Shown: piece after piece, positions 38,842 to 49,440 of the stretch
Layout: every line of letters starts with the position of its first letter
Numbering within the stretch: position 1 is the stretch's first letter
Origin: Methanothrix sp.
GTDB taxonomy: Archaea; Halobacteriota; Methanosarcinia; Methanotrichales; Methanotrichaceae
Direction of reading: 5' to 3'
Length of the DNA: 64,000 nt
Assembly (NCBI GenBank): GCA_017994055.1
Contig: JAGOLL010000002.1
Span: 394 to 64,393, forward strand
Translations under genes and position numbers: made by a program
The notes under the pieces: model-generated
The model's database searches: none
Told to the model about the DNA's origin: nothing
The model's input: only the letters and a program-made list of their open reading frames with translations

Positions 38842-41682
38842 TTGGTGCTCCAAATAGATATCGATGAGATGGTATCTTCCTCAGATTCAGATCTGAGGAA
38901 GAAAGCAGCAATGCTTCTTGAAATGAATTTTAAGCGCATTGATGACAAAGAGAGCGCATGGAAGAATCTTATTGTTCTAGTTAATGATGACGATAGCGGA
39001 GTGCGTGAAAAGGCATCTCATGCATTAAGATCTGTCTTAAAAAGAGTTCCAAACAAAGACATGGTATGGAAAGACCTGATCTTGTTGACCAACCACCCAG
39101 ACAGAAAAGTACGAGAGGGAGTTATAAATGGACTTAATATAGTTTTTATAGGATTAAATGAGAAATTTTCAGCGATAGAGGATCTGCATCGATTGACCGA
39201 TGACCAGAGAAGCGAAGTGAGAGCCGGAGCTGCTGATACATTAAAAATTGCCTTCCAATATGTTCAGGATAAAAATAGAGCATGGGATGATCTACATAGA
39301 CTAACCAGTGATGAAAGCAGCAAAGTGAGAGCTGAAGCTACTAATGCGTTGAAATCCGCGTTCAAATATATTCCTGATAAAAATAGAGCATGGGATGATC
39401 TACATAGACTAACCAGTGATGAAAGCAGCAAAGTGAGAGCTGAAGCTACTAATGCGTTGAAATCCGCGTTCAAATATATTCCCGATAAAAATAGAGCATG
39501 GGATGATCTGCACAGACTGACTCGTGACCAAAATAAAAAAGTTCGATTCGAAGCTGCTTCTACATTGTCATCAGCTTTTAGGCATATTCCTGATAAAAAT
39601 ACTGGATGGAGGGATTTAATCAGCTGGATCGATAGCGATAATGGCTATGATCAGATATGGGTAGAATATTTGCTGCGTTCGGCTTACCCTTACGTTCCTG
39701 ATAAAATCAATGCATGGGAAGACCTACATCGACTAAATAGCGATCCAAATATGGAAGTGAGAGTAGGGGCTATCAATGCACTGGGATCGGTCTATGGTCA
39801 CATTCCTTACAAAGAAAAACAAATTGCATGGGATGATCTAATTAGGTCGTTTAGAGACCCAGATGGTGAAATAAGGTGGACGGCCGCAAATGCACTGAAA
39901 TTGGCATTCCCCCAAAATCCTAATAAAAGCAAGGCATGGGCGGATTTAATGGGATTGACAAATGCTACAGATGGCTATGTGCAAATGAAGGCGGCTGATT
40001 TGCTGAGATGGGCTTACTCATATATCCCGGATAAAGACAAATGGACAGCATGGCAAGATCTAATCAAGCTGATAAGTCATGAGGATAACGAAGTAAGGTG
40101 GATGGCTGCATATTCAATACCATCAGCTTTCCAATGCATTCCGGAAAAAGGCAAAGTATGGACAGATCTAATCAAGCTGATCAACAACCCTGAAGACAAT
40201 GTGAGAGAACCTGCGGCTGATGCAATTGGAAAAGCTTTCCAATATGTTCCGGATAAAAATAATGCGTGGAAGGACCTGCACAAGCTAGCAAATGATCAAA
40301 ATAGCTGCATACGAGAGAGAATAGCAGATGCTCTGGGATCTTCATTCAGATATATCCCTGACATAAATGCGACGTTAGATGACTTGCACAAGCTGACACA
40401 TGATAATGTATCCTTTGTAAGATGTACCGCATATCATTCTCTTGGGAAGATATCTATCCTAAAGGCGACTGAGGATGATAATGAGTTTAGATCTAATTTG
40501 GAAGATGCAATAGTTTTTTTTAGAAGGTCATCTGAAGAGGCTGAATATTTCAATCCTGCTGCTTTTTGTCTGCCATTTTACTTATCGCTACACTGTCTTC
40601 TATTCGCGGATTTGCCTAAGGAGGATGAAGTGCAAAAATACCTATTTGAGGCAGAAAGGGCGATAGAGTCCTCTGAGAGTAAGGAGGTCCTTTTAGAGGC
40701 AGTAATTAACCTATCAAAAGCTCTGCGAGAAGTCAGAGCCTATTCAATTGAGGATATTGCTCTCAGAAAGCGGGATCTGAAGTCTTATACAAAATATTGC
40801 CTCCGATCTGCTGAATGCCTGAGAGAGGCAAGGTCTAAAGTCCCTCTGGCATCTAAGATTGTGGACTATACCTTGGTTGAAAAGAGCATCCCTATTGTGG
40901 ATCAAAAGATCAAATCTCTATTTAGAGATGTCGAAACTACAGCTCGAGAACTCTGCGAAAACACCAGGGGGACTTATCTTGAAACTTTAGGCAGAGATGC
41001 TTATAAGAGCACAAAAGGGCTGAACAAGGTAGAATCATGGATAGTAGCCGACAGATACCTGGAAGAGATCGTTCCCCTTCTGAAGGGCCACTGCAATCGG
41101 CTTCCAAAAGAAGCTCAAGCTTATCTCAAGATCCTTATTGCCTCACAAGATTCAGCCAGCCTTGAGCAGCGCTTTGATACATTAAAGTCCATCCTACTGG
41201 CTTCACTGGTCCAGAGAGAAAATGATAACCGGATAGTGAACGAGCTGAAGGGGCTGCTCGACCTGCATCTCCAGAACATCGAGTTTGCCATCCTGAATCT
41301 GAATACCAGCTCCGGCAACGCCAGAAAGGACCTTTATTCCCTCAAGAACCAAATCAATGGGCTGCAAAGGGAGATCGAGTCCAAGGGTCTTGCCAAGAAG
41401 CAGCTAGCCGAGGCCTTGGATGAAAGGGATCAGGCCATGATCGAAAGGCTGGAGAAGATGAGGGAGAAGATGCTGCGGGCTGTTAGGGAAACGGCGCAGC
41501 TAAATGCCAGCAAGAGGGATGTCGAGACTATCCTAAAGGAGCTTGATGATCAGGATAAGTTAAAGAAAAGAGATGTTCTGGGAATCATTGCAGACCTCTC
41601 CTCCTTAGCCGGGATGGCTCTTTCCATCCCGCCGGGAGCCCCCAGAGCAGCCATGAACTTGGCCGCCAGGCTGTTAGAATAA
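38842..41682 (+). CDS. HEAT-repeat protein with coiled-coil C-terminus (AT-rich island)
   Basis: Many ~36-aa DKxxAWxDLxxLxxD..VR..AA..L repeats. Confidence 0.85.
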   Translation: MVLQIDIDEMVSSSDSDLRKKAAMLLEMNFKRIDDKESAWKNLIVLVNDDDSGVREKASHALRSVLKRVPNKDMVWKDLILLTNHPDRKVREGVINGLNIVFIGLNEKFSAIEDLHRLTDDQRSEVRAGAADTLKIAFQYVQDKNRAWDDLHRLTSDESSKVRAEATNALKSAFKYIPDKNRAWDDLHRLTSDESSKVRAEATNALKSAFKYIPDKNRAWDDLHRLTRDQNKKVRFEAASTLSSAFRHIPDKNTGWRDLISWIDSDNGYDQIWVEYLLRSAYPYVPDKINAWEDLHRLNSDPNMEVRVGAINALGSVYGHIPYKEKQIAWDDLIRSFRDPDGEIRWTAANALKLAFPQNPNKSKAWADLMGLTNATDGYVQMKAADLLRWAYSYIPDKDKWTAWQDLIKLISHEDNEVRWMAAYSIPSAFQCIPEKGKVWTDLIKLINNPEDNVREPAADAIGKAFQYVPDKNNAWKDLHKLANDQNSCIRERIADALGSSFRYIPDINATLDDLHKLTHDNVSFVRCTAYHSLGKISILKATEDDNEFRSNLEDAIVFFRRSSEEAEYFNPAAFCLPFYLSLHCLLFADLPKEDEVQKYLFEAERAIESSESKEVLLEAVINLSKALREVRAYSIEDIALRKRDLKSYTKYCLRSAECLREARSKVPLASKIVDYTLVEKSIPIVDQKIKSLFRDVETTARELCENTRGTYLETLGRDAYKSTKGLNKVESWIVADRYLEEIVPLLKGHCNRLPKEAQAYLKILIASQDSASLEQRFDTLKSILLASLVQRENDNRIVNELKGLLDLHLQNIEFAILNLNTSSGNARKDLYSLKNQINGLQREIESKGLAKKQLAEALDERDQAMIERLEKMREKMLRAVRETAQLNASKRDVETILKELDDQDKLKKRDVLGIIADLSSLAGMALSIPPGAPRAAMNLAARLLE
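39268..39509 (+). repeat. Near-perfect 108-bp tandem repeat (two copies plus a partial third)
   Basis: Units start at 39268, 39376 and 39484 and encode DKNRAWDDLHRLTSDESSKVRAEATNALKSAFKYIP. Confidence 0.9.
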
Positions 41683-41842
41683 CCCACCACAGCCGAGTAT
41701 ATCGATCTGCTCCAGACATCTCGAGAGGTCGTTTTTCATCAAAGAGAATGAGGATCGAGCAACTCACAATCATAGCCACGCTCTTCTCGACCCATAAAAC
41801 AAAAGGTTGATTGGCAATTGCCGAAATAATAGATGCCAGACA

Positions 41843-42097
41843 ATGACAACAATAGCCATCCCGAGCGATATTCTCAATTCAATGAAGATTCCCCGGAGGG
41901 ATCTGGAGCATGTATTGAAGCTCGAATTGGCTCTCGCCCTTTACCAGAGGGGCATTCTGGCCATGGGCCCGGCCCGGCGGCTGGCAAATATATCAAAACG
42001 GGAGTTTCTCGGAGAGCTGGGAAAGAGAAAGATCGAGCGGCACTACACTGTGGAGGATCTGGAGGAGGACGTGGCCTTTGCCAAAGGTAGTCTGTAA
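41843..42097 (+). CDS. UPF0175 family antitoxin-like protein
   Basis: LALALYQRGILAMGPARRLANISKREF...Y..EDLEED pattern; precedes a PIN gene. Confidence 0.85.
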   Translation: MTTIAIPSDILNSMKIPRRDLEHVLKLELALALYQRGILAMGPARRLANISKREFLGELGKRKIERHYTVEDLEEDVAFAKGSL

Positions 42098-42579
42098 CTC
42101 CTCTCCGCTTATTCATCTCTCCAAAGCAGGCCGGCTCAGCCTTTTGAGGGACTTTTTCCAGGAGATATTAGTGCCAAGAGAGGTCTTGACGGAATCAGTC
42201 GAGAATAGCGGTGGCGCAAAGGATGCCAAAGAGATTAAGGAAGCAGACTGGATTCATCCTTTATCAATTGAGGATACGGACCTGAAAAAGGCATTGAAGA
42301 TGACTCTCGACGATGGCGAGGCGGCTGCAATCGTATTGGCGCTGGAGCAAAAAGCAGACATTGTTCTCATGGACGATTATGACGGCAGGGCAGTGGCCAA
42401 GGGAGTACAATCTCATGGTCACTGGCACAATCGGCATTCTGCTCAAAGCGAAGTTAGAAGGAAAGATTCCATCGCTCAGACATGATCTCGATGTTTTGAG
42501 GGAAAGTGGTTTTTGGCTTGGGGAAGAGCTTTACTTGAAAATCCTAGAGCAAGCAACGAAGCCCCATAAAGTCGGATAG
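42078..42579 (+). pseudogene. DUF3368 PIN-domain (VapC-like) toxin, frameshifted
   Basis: VVCNSSPLI...LDDGEAAAIVLA...LMDD, continuing in another frame after ~42400 as VTGTIGILLKAK...GFWL. Confidence 0.8.
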
Positions 42580-42665
42580 GATGGCAAAGGGCCTCACGCC
42601 CCAGCCCTCATTGCCTCATCCCATCCGCCAGGCCGGTCCAGCCACTCAGGATCCAGATATCTCAC

Positions 42666-42971
42666 ATGGCCCAATTCGGGCTTGCCGGGATGACCGGCGC
42701 CGGGACGGTGGACTATGAGTCGGTGCTGCCCTACAACGGAGACTGGACTTCAGTTTCAGAATCTATTTGTGAACGGGGAGAAATACCCCAAGGGCTTCAC
42801 AGTGAAGGCCCAGAGCGGCGAAGCCCTATGGTCCGGATGCAGCGGTATGGGCCTGGAGAGGTGGGCCTCGGCCTTCCTCAGCCAGAAGGGCCTGGAGCCG
42901 GAGAACTGGTCGGAAGCGTTCCGGAAGTACTTCGGGGAGATGCCCAAGGGGATCAGGTTTCTCTGATCCCT
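42666..42971 (+). pseudogene. Displaced duplicate of the serS 3' end
   Basis: Highly similar to 38339-38652; encodes ...[24 protein letters not shown]...GIRFL, with a frameshift. Confidence 0.92.
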
Positions 42972-42972
42972 T

Positions 42973-43243
42973 CCTTCAGGAAATAAATGAGAGCATCTCA
43001 TCGGAAAATGAGTTCTGACCGCGCAAAATGCTCATCATTCCCCCTCCCGATAATAAAAGCCGTTTAGCTCTTCTCCACCTCCGCCTTCACCAATCGGTGC
43101 ACCTCGCCCGCATCCGCCCTGCCCCTAGTCTTCTTCATCACCTGGCCCACTATGAAGTTGAGCGCCCTCTCGCTTCCCGCTCGGTAGTAGGCCACCGCTG
43201 CGCTGCACTCTGCCACCGCTTTGTGGACAGATCCTTGCACCGC
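42973..43243 (-). pseudogene. Displaced duplicate of the gatB 3' end plus downstream flank
   Basis: Matches about 45891-46141; encodes AVAEC.AAVA.YRAGSERALNFIVGQVMKKTRG.ADAGEVHRLVKAEV. Confidence 0.92.
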
Positions 43244-43583
43244 GCGTGGACTTCCGTTCGCTTGGCTCATATTAATCCCTCCTGAGGTCTAGTCCGAGGC
43301 CAAAAGGAAGCTGCAAGATCTGGGACCCATGGGCGACACTCCGGGCTGCTCTTGTCAAAGGTGGCCCCGGAGTGGGAGGTATTCGAGGAGAGCTTTTTGG
43401 AAGAGTCGGAGGGGATGGACGTGAAGAAATGGGCTCAATGGTGAATGTGTCTTAGTCAAGAATATCCGTATTCAATACGGGTTAATTCTGATGTGGAATT
43501 TCAATTCCAACCTATAACTGATTGACGACCAAAGTTTTATATTTGACTTAAATCGTACCGAATATAGAATTAAGGAGGATAAA

Positions 43584-45296
43584 TTGACAACCTTTACCAT
43601 TGATAAGATCAGGCTAGAAAAACTATTAGATAAAATTGTTGCGGGAGGAATACAGCTCCCAGAGTTTCAGCGTGGTTGGATATGGGATGATGATCATATC
43701 AAAAATTTGTTAGCTAGTGTCTCTCGAAATTATCCAATTGGAACAATTATGATGCTAGAAACCGGCAATAAAGAGCTGAATTTTGCAGCTCGTCCGATCA
43801 CTGGAGTCAAAACTGAAAATAAAGATCCTGATGAACTAATTCTTGATGGTCAGCAAAGACTCACGGCACTTTTTCAATCGCTGTATTCAGATCTCCCTGC
43901 CAATCCCAAGGAATCAATGTCCACAAAAAGCAGGAAACGAATAAATCGATGGTATTATATGGACATCAAAAAGGCCTTAGCACCTGGAGAGGAGAATATA
44001 GAAGAAGCAATAAATGGATCGGCTGATAAATTAGGCTTCGATCAACAATATAATGAGTTATTATTCCCACTTTTCAAAACTTTTGATTTCTCCAATTGGA
44101 GAGATGAATGTGATTCTTATTGGCATCATGATGATGAAATTCGAAGATTGCTGCGTCAATTCGAGAGCAGCATTATTCATGAATGTTTTTATTCATATGA
44201 TATCCCTTATGTAACATTGCTAAAAGAGACACAACCAGAGGCAATATGCCCGATTTTTGAAAGAATAAATTCCACAGGAGTTAATCTTGACGTCTTTGAT
44301 TTGCTTGTCGCGATATATGCTTCTAAAAATTTTAATTTGAGAAAGGATTGGGAAACGCGAGAAAGACGGTTAACTGAGAAGAATTCAGTTTTAAATGATA
44401 TAAAAGGCTCAGATTTTGTTAAGACAGTAACCTTACTGGCTACGTATAATAATGGGAATAACTCGTCAAATGTAAGTTGCTCGCGCAAGACTATTTTAAA
44501 ATTAGAACTCAAAAATTACAAGGAATGGGCAGAGGCCGCTACAACAGGATACGAGAAAACTGTGAAATTTTTGGCTTCTCAAAAAATTTTTGATTCTAAA
44601 TATCTTCCATATACTACTCAATTAATACCGTTATCCGCCATTTTTGCAGTTTTGGGGGGTAAATCAGAAAATGCAGGAGTTCGAGATAAACTAGTCAGAT
44701 GGTATTGGTGTGGTGTATTAGGTGAATTATATCGTGGTATCCCCGAAAGTCGTTTTGTCAGAGACTTGAAGGAAGTTTTAAATTGGATCAAAGATGACCG
44801 CCTAGAGCCTACCACAATTATTGAATCTAATTTTTCTGCTAAACGCATTCTTGACTTGAAAGACCGAAGAAGTGCTGCTTTCAAAGGAATTTACTCTTTA
44901 CTTCTGCAAAATGGTGCCAAAGACTTCCTTAGTGATATAACCATCGATATCGAAAATTACTTTAATACTAATATAGATATTCACCACATTTTCCCTAAGA
45001 AGTGGTGCGAAAGGAATGTCGATTCATATGATGACAGATGCGATTGCATAGTTAATAAAACACCGCTCTCCAATAAGACCCATACCAAGATTGGAGATAG
45101 ATCAACAGAAGAATATTTGCGAATTCTTGAGAAAGAAGGAAAAATAAAGCCCAGCAGAATGGATGATATCCTCAAATCGCATTTAATCAAGCCATCTGCT
45201 TTGAGGTCGAATAATTTTGAAGAATTCTTCTCTGAAAGAGAGAAAAATTTGCTGAAAATTATTGAGTCGGCAACAGGCAAGCAAATATTGGATTAA
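43584..45296 (+). CDS. DUF262 + DUF1524 (GmrSD-like) modification-dependent restriction nuclease
   Basis: LPEFQRGWIW, ILDGQQRLT, FERINSTG and C-terminal DIHHIFP...N motifs; AT-rich. Confidence 0.88.
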   Translation: MTTFTIDKIRLEKLLDKIVAGGIQLPEFQRGWIWDDDHIKNLLASVSRNYPIGTIMMLETGNKELNFAARPITGVKTENKDPDELILDGQQRLTALFQSLYSDLPANPKESMSTKSRKRINRWYYMDIKKALAPGEENIEEAINGSADKLGFDQQYNELLFPLFKTFDFSNWRDECDSYWHHDDEIRRLLRQFESSIIHECFYSYDIPYVTLLKETQPEAICPIFERINSTGVNLDVFDLLVAIYASKNFNLRKDWETRERRLTEKNSVLNDIKGSDFVKTVTLLATYNNGNNSSNVSCSRKTILKLELKNYKEWAEAATTGYEKTVKFLASQKIFDSKYLPYTTQLIPLSAIFAVLGGKSENAGVRDKLVRWYWCGVLGELYRGIPESRFVRDLKEVLNWIKDDRLEPTTIIESNFSAKRILDLKDRRSAAFKGIYSLLLQNGAKDFLSDITIDIENYFNTNIDIHHIFPKKWCERNVDSYDDRCDCIVNKTPLSNKTHTKIGDRSTEEYLRILEKEGKIKPSRMDDILKSHLIKPSALRSNNFEEFFSEREKNLLKIIESATGKQILD

Positions 45297-45319
45297 AATT
45301 GCAGCACAGTTCATTAAAT

Positions 45320-45777
45320 CCGTGCCAGAATAGAGATCATCAGCCCAGGCCATCTTCCCAATAACCTAACTGTGGAGTGGATCCGTTCCGGAATTTCCAA
45401 TATCCGAAATCCAATCCTCGTTTCATACGCGGCCAAAGGACTTCTGCCTTACAGAGGACTTGGATCAGGCATCAAACGCGCTCTGGCGGAGTGGCCTGAA
45501 ATAAGTTTTACCGACGACCGAGACGGATCTATGTTCATCGCCACCGTCTACCGCAAGGGACTTGTGGATATGGAATCTACGGAAAAAGGTTCACAGAAAA
45601 GTTCCCAGAAAATCATCGAGCTAATGAGAAATGATCCACAGATAATCGTCGCAAACCTTGCCTGCATATAGGCATCACAGAGAGAGCCGTCAAGAAGCAT
45701 ATCGGAAAATTGAAAGCACAAGGTCGTATCCGGCGCATTGGCCCGGATAAAGGCGGCCGCTGGGAGGTAGTAGAGTG
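45320..45777 (+). pseudogene. C-terminal remnant of an ATP-binding (RecG-C/HATPase-like) + wHTH protein
   Basis: RIEIISPGHLPNNLT...RNPIL...RGLGSGI, then a frameshifted HTH ending IRRIGPDKGGRWEV. Confidence 0.65.
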
Positions 45778-45961
45778 AGCAAAACTATTGGATGCAAACG
45801 GATGATCGATGAAGAAGAGCAATTCCTGGTGCACAAAGCAGCAGCGATCGAGATGAAGGAACTCAAGACTGGCAAAACCAAGACGCATACCTTTCAGGAA
45901 ATAAAGGAGAGCATTTCATCGGAAATGCTCATCCTTCCCAATCCCTGATAATAAAAGCCGT

Positions 45962-47377
45962 TTAGGCTTTGTCCACCTCCGCCTTCACCAACCGGTGCAC
46001 CTCGCCCGCGTCCGCCTTGCCCCTGGTCTTCTTCATCACCTGGCCCACTATGAAGTTGAGCGCCCTCTCGCTTCCCGCCCGGTAGTCCGCAACAGCCGCG
46101 CCGCACTCCGCCACTGCCTCGCGGACGGCCTTCTGCACCGCATCGTCCTCCGCCTTGCCGAGGCCCAGGGACTTCACAATATCGCCGGGAGAGCCGCCTT
46201 TCTTATCCAGCAGAGACCTTATGATCTGTACTGCTCCGTCCTCGGTGATCTGGCTCTTCTCCAGCATCCCGACGATCTCGGTCATGTGCTCCTCTTTGAA
46301 GCTCTCTATGGAGAGGTCCCTGTAGTTCAGCTCCCCCTTGAGCACATCGGCGATCCACACCGCCGCCAGCCTGGGCGCTGCCCTGGCCGCCACAGCCTCA
46401 TAGAAGTTGGCCACCTTGATCTCCGAGGTCAAGGATTTGGCATGATCATCGGTCAGTCCGTACTGTTTTACAAAGCGCTCCCTCTTAGCATCGGGCAGCT
46501 CCGGCAGAGCAGCCCGGATCTCCGGCACCCAAGAAGCGATGCGAAGCACCGCCAGATCGCATTCCGGGAAGTATCGGTAGTCGTGCGCCCCCACCTTGCT
46601 CCGGATGGATACGGTTATGTTCCTGATCTCATCGAAGTGGCGGGTTTCCTGCACCACCTTGATGTTGCGTCGCTGCAGGTTTTTCTGCCGGGTGATCTCA
46701 TAGGAGAGGGCTTTTTCCACCCCCTTGAAGCCGGAGATGTTCTTGACCTCGGATCGGTCGCCGCCCTTGAGGGATATGTTGGCGTCCACCCTCATCGCTC
46801 CTTCCAGGGAGCCGTCGAAGACCTCCAGGTACTCCAGGATGCTCTTGAGCTTATCCAAAAAAGCCCGCGCCTCCTTGGGCGAAGTCAGGTCTGGCTCGGT
46901 TACCACCTCCAGCAGGGGCATGCCGCAGCGGTTGTAGTCCACCATGGTATATTTCGCCTTGTCAATGGTCCCGGCGTGCACCAGCCTCCCCGGGTCCTCC
47001 TCCATATGGGCCCGGTTGATGCGGATGTTCCTCTCCGCCCCATCGTCGCCCAATATCATGATGTGCCCATTGGTGGCCAGGGGAAAATCATACTGGCTGA
47101 TCTGAAATCCCTTGGGCAGATCCGGGTAGTAGTAGTTCTTGCGGTAGAATAGCGTCTCCTCCTCTATCTTACAGTTGAGGGCTAGCCCCACCTTGATGCC
47201 GTACTCCACCGCCTTGCGGTTGATCACCGGCAATGAGCCGGGCAGCCCCAGGCATATCGGGCAGGTGTGGCTATTGGGAGGAGAGTTGTGGTATGCAGTG
47301 GAGCAATTGCAGAACATTTTGGAGGCTAGCCGGTTCAGCTGCACATGGATCTCCAGGCCGATGATTACATTTTCCAT
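45962..47377 (-). CDS. gatB: Asp/Glu-tRNA amidotransferase subunit B
   Basis: IGLEIHVQL, RKNYYYPDLPKGFQISQ, HMEEDPG and DYRYFPE motifs. Confidence 0.97.
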   Translation of the reverse strand: MENVIIGLEIHVQLNRLASKMFCNCSTAYHNSPPNSHTCPICLGLPGSLPVINRKAVEYGIKVGLALNCKIEEETLFYRKNYYYPDLPKGFQISQYDFPLATNGHIMILGDDGAERNIRINRAHMEEDPGRLVHAGTIDKAKYTMVDYNRCGMPLLEVVTEPDLTSPKEARAFLDKLKSILEYLEVFDGSLEGAMRVDANISLKGGDRSEVKNISGFKGVEKALSYEITRQKNLQRRNIKVVQETRHFDEIRNITVSIRSKVGAHDYRYFPECDLAVLRIASWVPEIRAALPELPDAKRERFVKQYGLTDDHAKSLTSEIKVANFYEAVAARAAPRLAAVWIADVLKGELNYRDLSIESFKEEHMTEIVGMLEKSQITEDGAVQIIRSLLDKKGGSPGDIVKSLGLGKAEDDAVQKAVREAVAECGAAVADYRAGSERALNFIVGQVMKKTRGKADAGEVHRLVKAEVDKA

Positions 47378-48802
47378 CTAAACCACCTCCGGTTTAGCCT
47401 CATGGAAGGGCGTGGCCGACTCAAAGGCCTGGGCGGCCTTAAGGACTGCGGCCTCCCCGAAGTGTGGCCCGATGATCTGCAAGCCCACGGGCAGGTGGCG
47501 GTCAAAGCCGCAGGGCAGGGATATAGCCGGCACGCCTGCCAGGTTGATGGGCACGGTGAAGACATCGGCCATATAAAGCGACAGCGGATCGTTGATCCGC
47601 TCTCCGATCTTGAAAGCAGGTATGGGCATTGTCGGGCTGGCCAGAAGGTCAACCTCCTTGAAGGCCCGCAAAAAGTCCTCTTTGATCAATGTCCTCACCT
47701 TCAGCGCCTTAAGGTAGTAGCGGCCGTAGTATCCGGCGGAGAGGGCATATGTCCCCAGCATTATCCTCCTCTTGACCTCCGGCCCGAATCCCTTGGCCCT
47801 TATGGCGGAGAAAGTGGTATGCCAGTCCTTGTCCTCTCCCTCCCTCAGGCCGTAGCGCAGTCCGTCGAAGCGGGCCAGATTGGAGGAGGCCTCGCTCATG
47901 GCCACCACATAATAGGCTGCCAGAGCATAGCGGGTGTGGGGCAGGCTGACCTCCTGCCAGGATGCCCCCAAAGCCTCCAGGGTATGGATGCCCTCCCAGA
48001 CCGCTTTTTCCACCGCCGGGGCGACTCCCTCTCCGAAGTACTCCCTGGGAATTCCTATCCTCATTCCCACCACGCCGTCATCCAGCCCCACCAGGTAGCT
48101 CTGGGCTGGCCTTGGGGCGGAGGTCGAATCCCTTTTGTCATGCCCGGATATGACCTGCAAGAGCAGAGCGGTGTCCTCCACGGTATGAGTGAGGGGGCCT
48201 ATCTGCTCCAGGGAGTTGGCATAGGCCACCAGGCCGTAGCGGGAGACCAGGCCGTAGGTGGGCTTGAGCCCCACTATGCCGCAGAAGGAGGCGGGGCAGC
48301 GAACCGATCCCCCTGTGTCCGAGCCCAGCGAACATGGCGCTTCGCCGCCGGCTACCACGGCGGCGCTTCCTCCGCTGGAACCGCCGGGCACGGTATCGAG
48401 GTCCCAGGGATTCCTGGTGGGCCCAAAGCAGCTGGTCTCCGTGGATGTGCCCATGGCAAACTCGTCCATATTGGTCTTGCCCATGATGATGGCACCCTCC
48501 GCTTTCAGCCGTTCGATGACATGGGCATCGTAGGGAGGAATATAGCCGCGCAGGATATTGGAGCTGCAGTTGGTCTCGACTCCTTTGGTGGAGATGCATT
48601 CCTTTATGGCTATGGGCAGGCCGGAGAGAAGGCCCTGGCCGGGACTCTTGTCGAACCGCCTCGCCTCTTCCAGTGCGCTCTCTTCGGCCAGGGTGGTAAA
48701 GCCGTTGAGCCGGCTCTTCTCGATCCTCTCATACAGCCGTGAGAGGTACTCTTCAGCTGAGCCATCCCTCAGCTGCTCCATTAAATTTCTGAGCATGGTC
48801 AC
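47378..48802 (-). CDS. gatA: Amidotransferase subunit A
   Basis: GKTNMDEFAMG, PGGSSGGSAA and GSDTGGSVRCPA amidase signature. Confidence 0.97.
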   Translation of the reverse strand: MTMLRNLMEQLRDGSAEEYLSRLYERIEKSRLNGFTTLAEESALEEARRFDKSPGQGLLSGLPIAIKECISTKGVETNCSSNILRGYIPPYDAHVIERLKAEGAIIMGKTNMDEFAMGTSTETSCFGPTRNPWDLDTVPGGSSGGSAAVVAGGEAPCSLGSDTGGSVRCPASFCGIVGLKPTYGLVSRYGLVAYANSLEQIGPLTHTVEDTALLLQVISGHDKRDSTSAPRPAQSYLVGLDDGVVGMRIGIPREYFGEGVAPAVEKAVWEGIHTLEALGASWQEVSLPHTRYALAAYYVVAMSEASSNLARFDGLRYGLREGEDKDWHTTFSAIRAKGFGPEVKRRIMLGTYALSAGYYGRYYLKALKVRTLIKEDFLRAFKEVDLLASPTMPIPAFKIGERINDPLSLYMADVFTVPINLAGVPAISLPCGFDRHLPVGLQIIGPHFGEAAVLKAAQAFESATPFHEAKPEVV

Positions 48803-49080
48803 ACGATCCTGGGGCTCTTGAAGTAGCCGTTTTCCCGGCGAGGGGCATTCTTCAGAGCCTGCTCTATGGAGAGAGACGGAGATGCTGCATCATCTCTAAA
48901 GACATTAGCCAGATCAACCACCCGATAGGTGGGCTCTACGCCCTCGGTATCCACCTCATCCAGCTGATGGAAATAATCCAGAATGGAGTTAAAATGCTCC
49001 ACCAGCTCGTCCTTTTCCCTGTCATCGATCTCAATGCTGGCAAGCCAGCCGATGTGCTCAACATCTTCCCTGGTGATCAT
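48799..49080 (-). CDS. gatC: Amidotransferase subunit C
   Basis: MITREDVEHIGWLA...NVFRDD...NAP...YFKSPRIV. Confidence 0.93.
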   Translation of the reverse strand: MITREDVEHIGWLASIEIDDREKDELVEHFNSILDYFHQLDEVDTEGVEPTYRVVDLANVFRDDAASPSLSIEQALKNAPRRENGYFKSPRIV

Positions 49081-49440
49081 GTTATCCCACTCATTCATTC
49101 ATCGGCATCGGCGCATTCGGGTATATCTTTCCCGATGGTCGAGCCGGTAAAGCCATCTTTATTCCCAACCTGATGCGGAAGGATCAACTTATCTGATATA
49201 AAGGCTCTTTTATGCCTTTTTCATAGCCGATCATATCCAGGGCAGGCTTTTTAAACATCGGCCGTTTTCTCTGGCACTCGTCCTTGCTTGTCATCTCCAC
49301 CTTTTGCCCCACCGGGAAAGAGGTGTGAGATCCGAACGCCAAAAGACTTAAGAATTCTCATGAGAGAATAGCCGAGGCATCCGGGCGAACAAGAAGCTTA
49401 TAACTGATTTCCGGATGATTGTGATCATATCGGGTGTGTC

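Noticed and set aside
39268-39509. Tandem repeat considered as a CRISPR or DGR element
   Set aside because: In-frame coding repeat with no spacers, no adenine-specific variation and no reverse transcriptase nearby.
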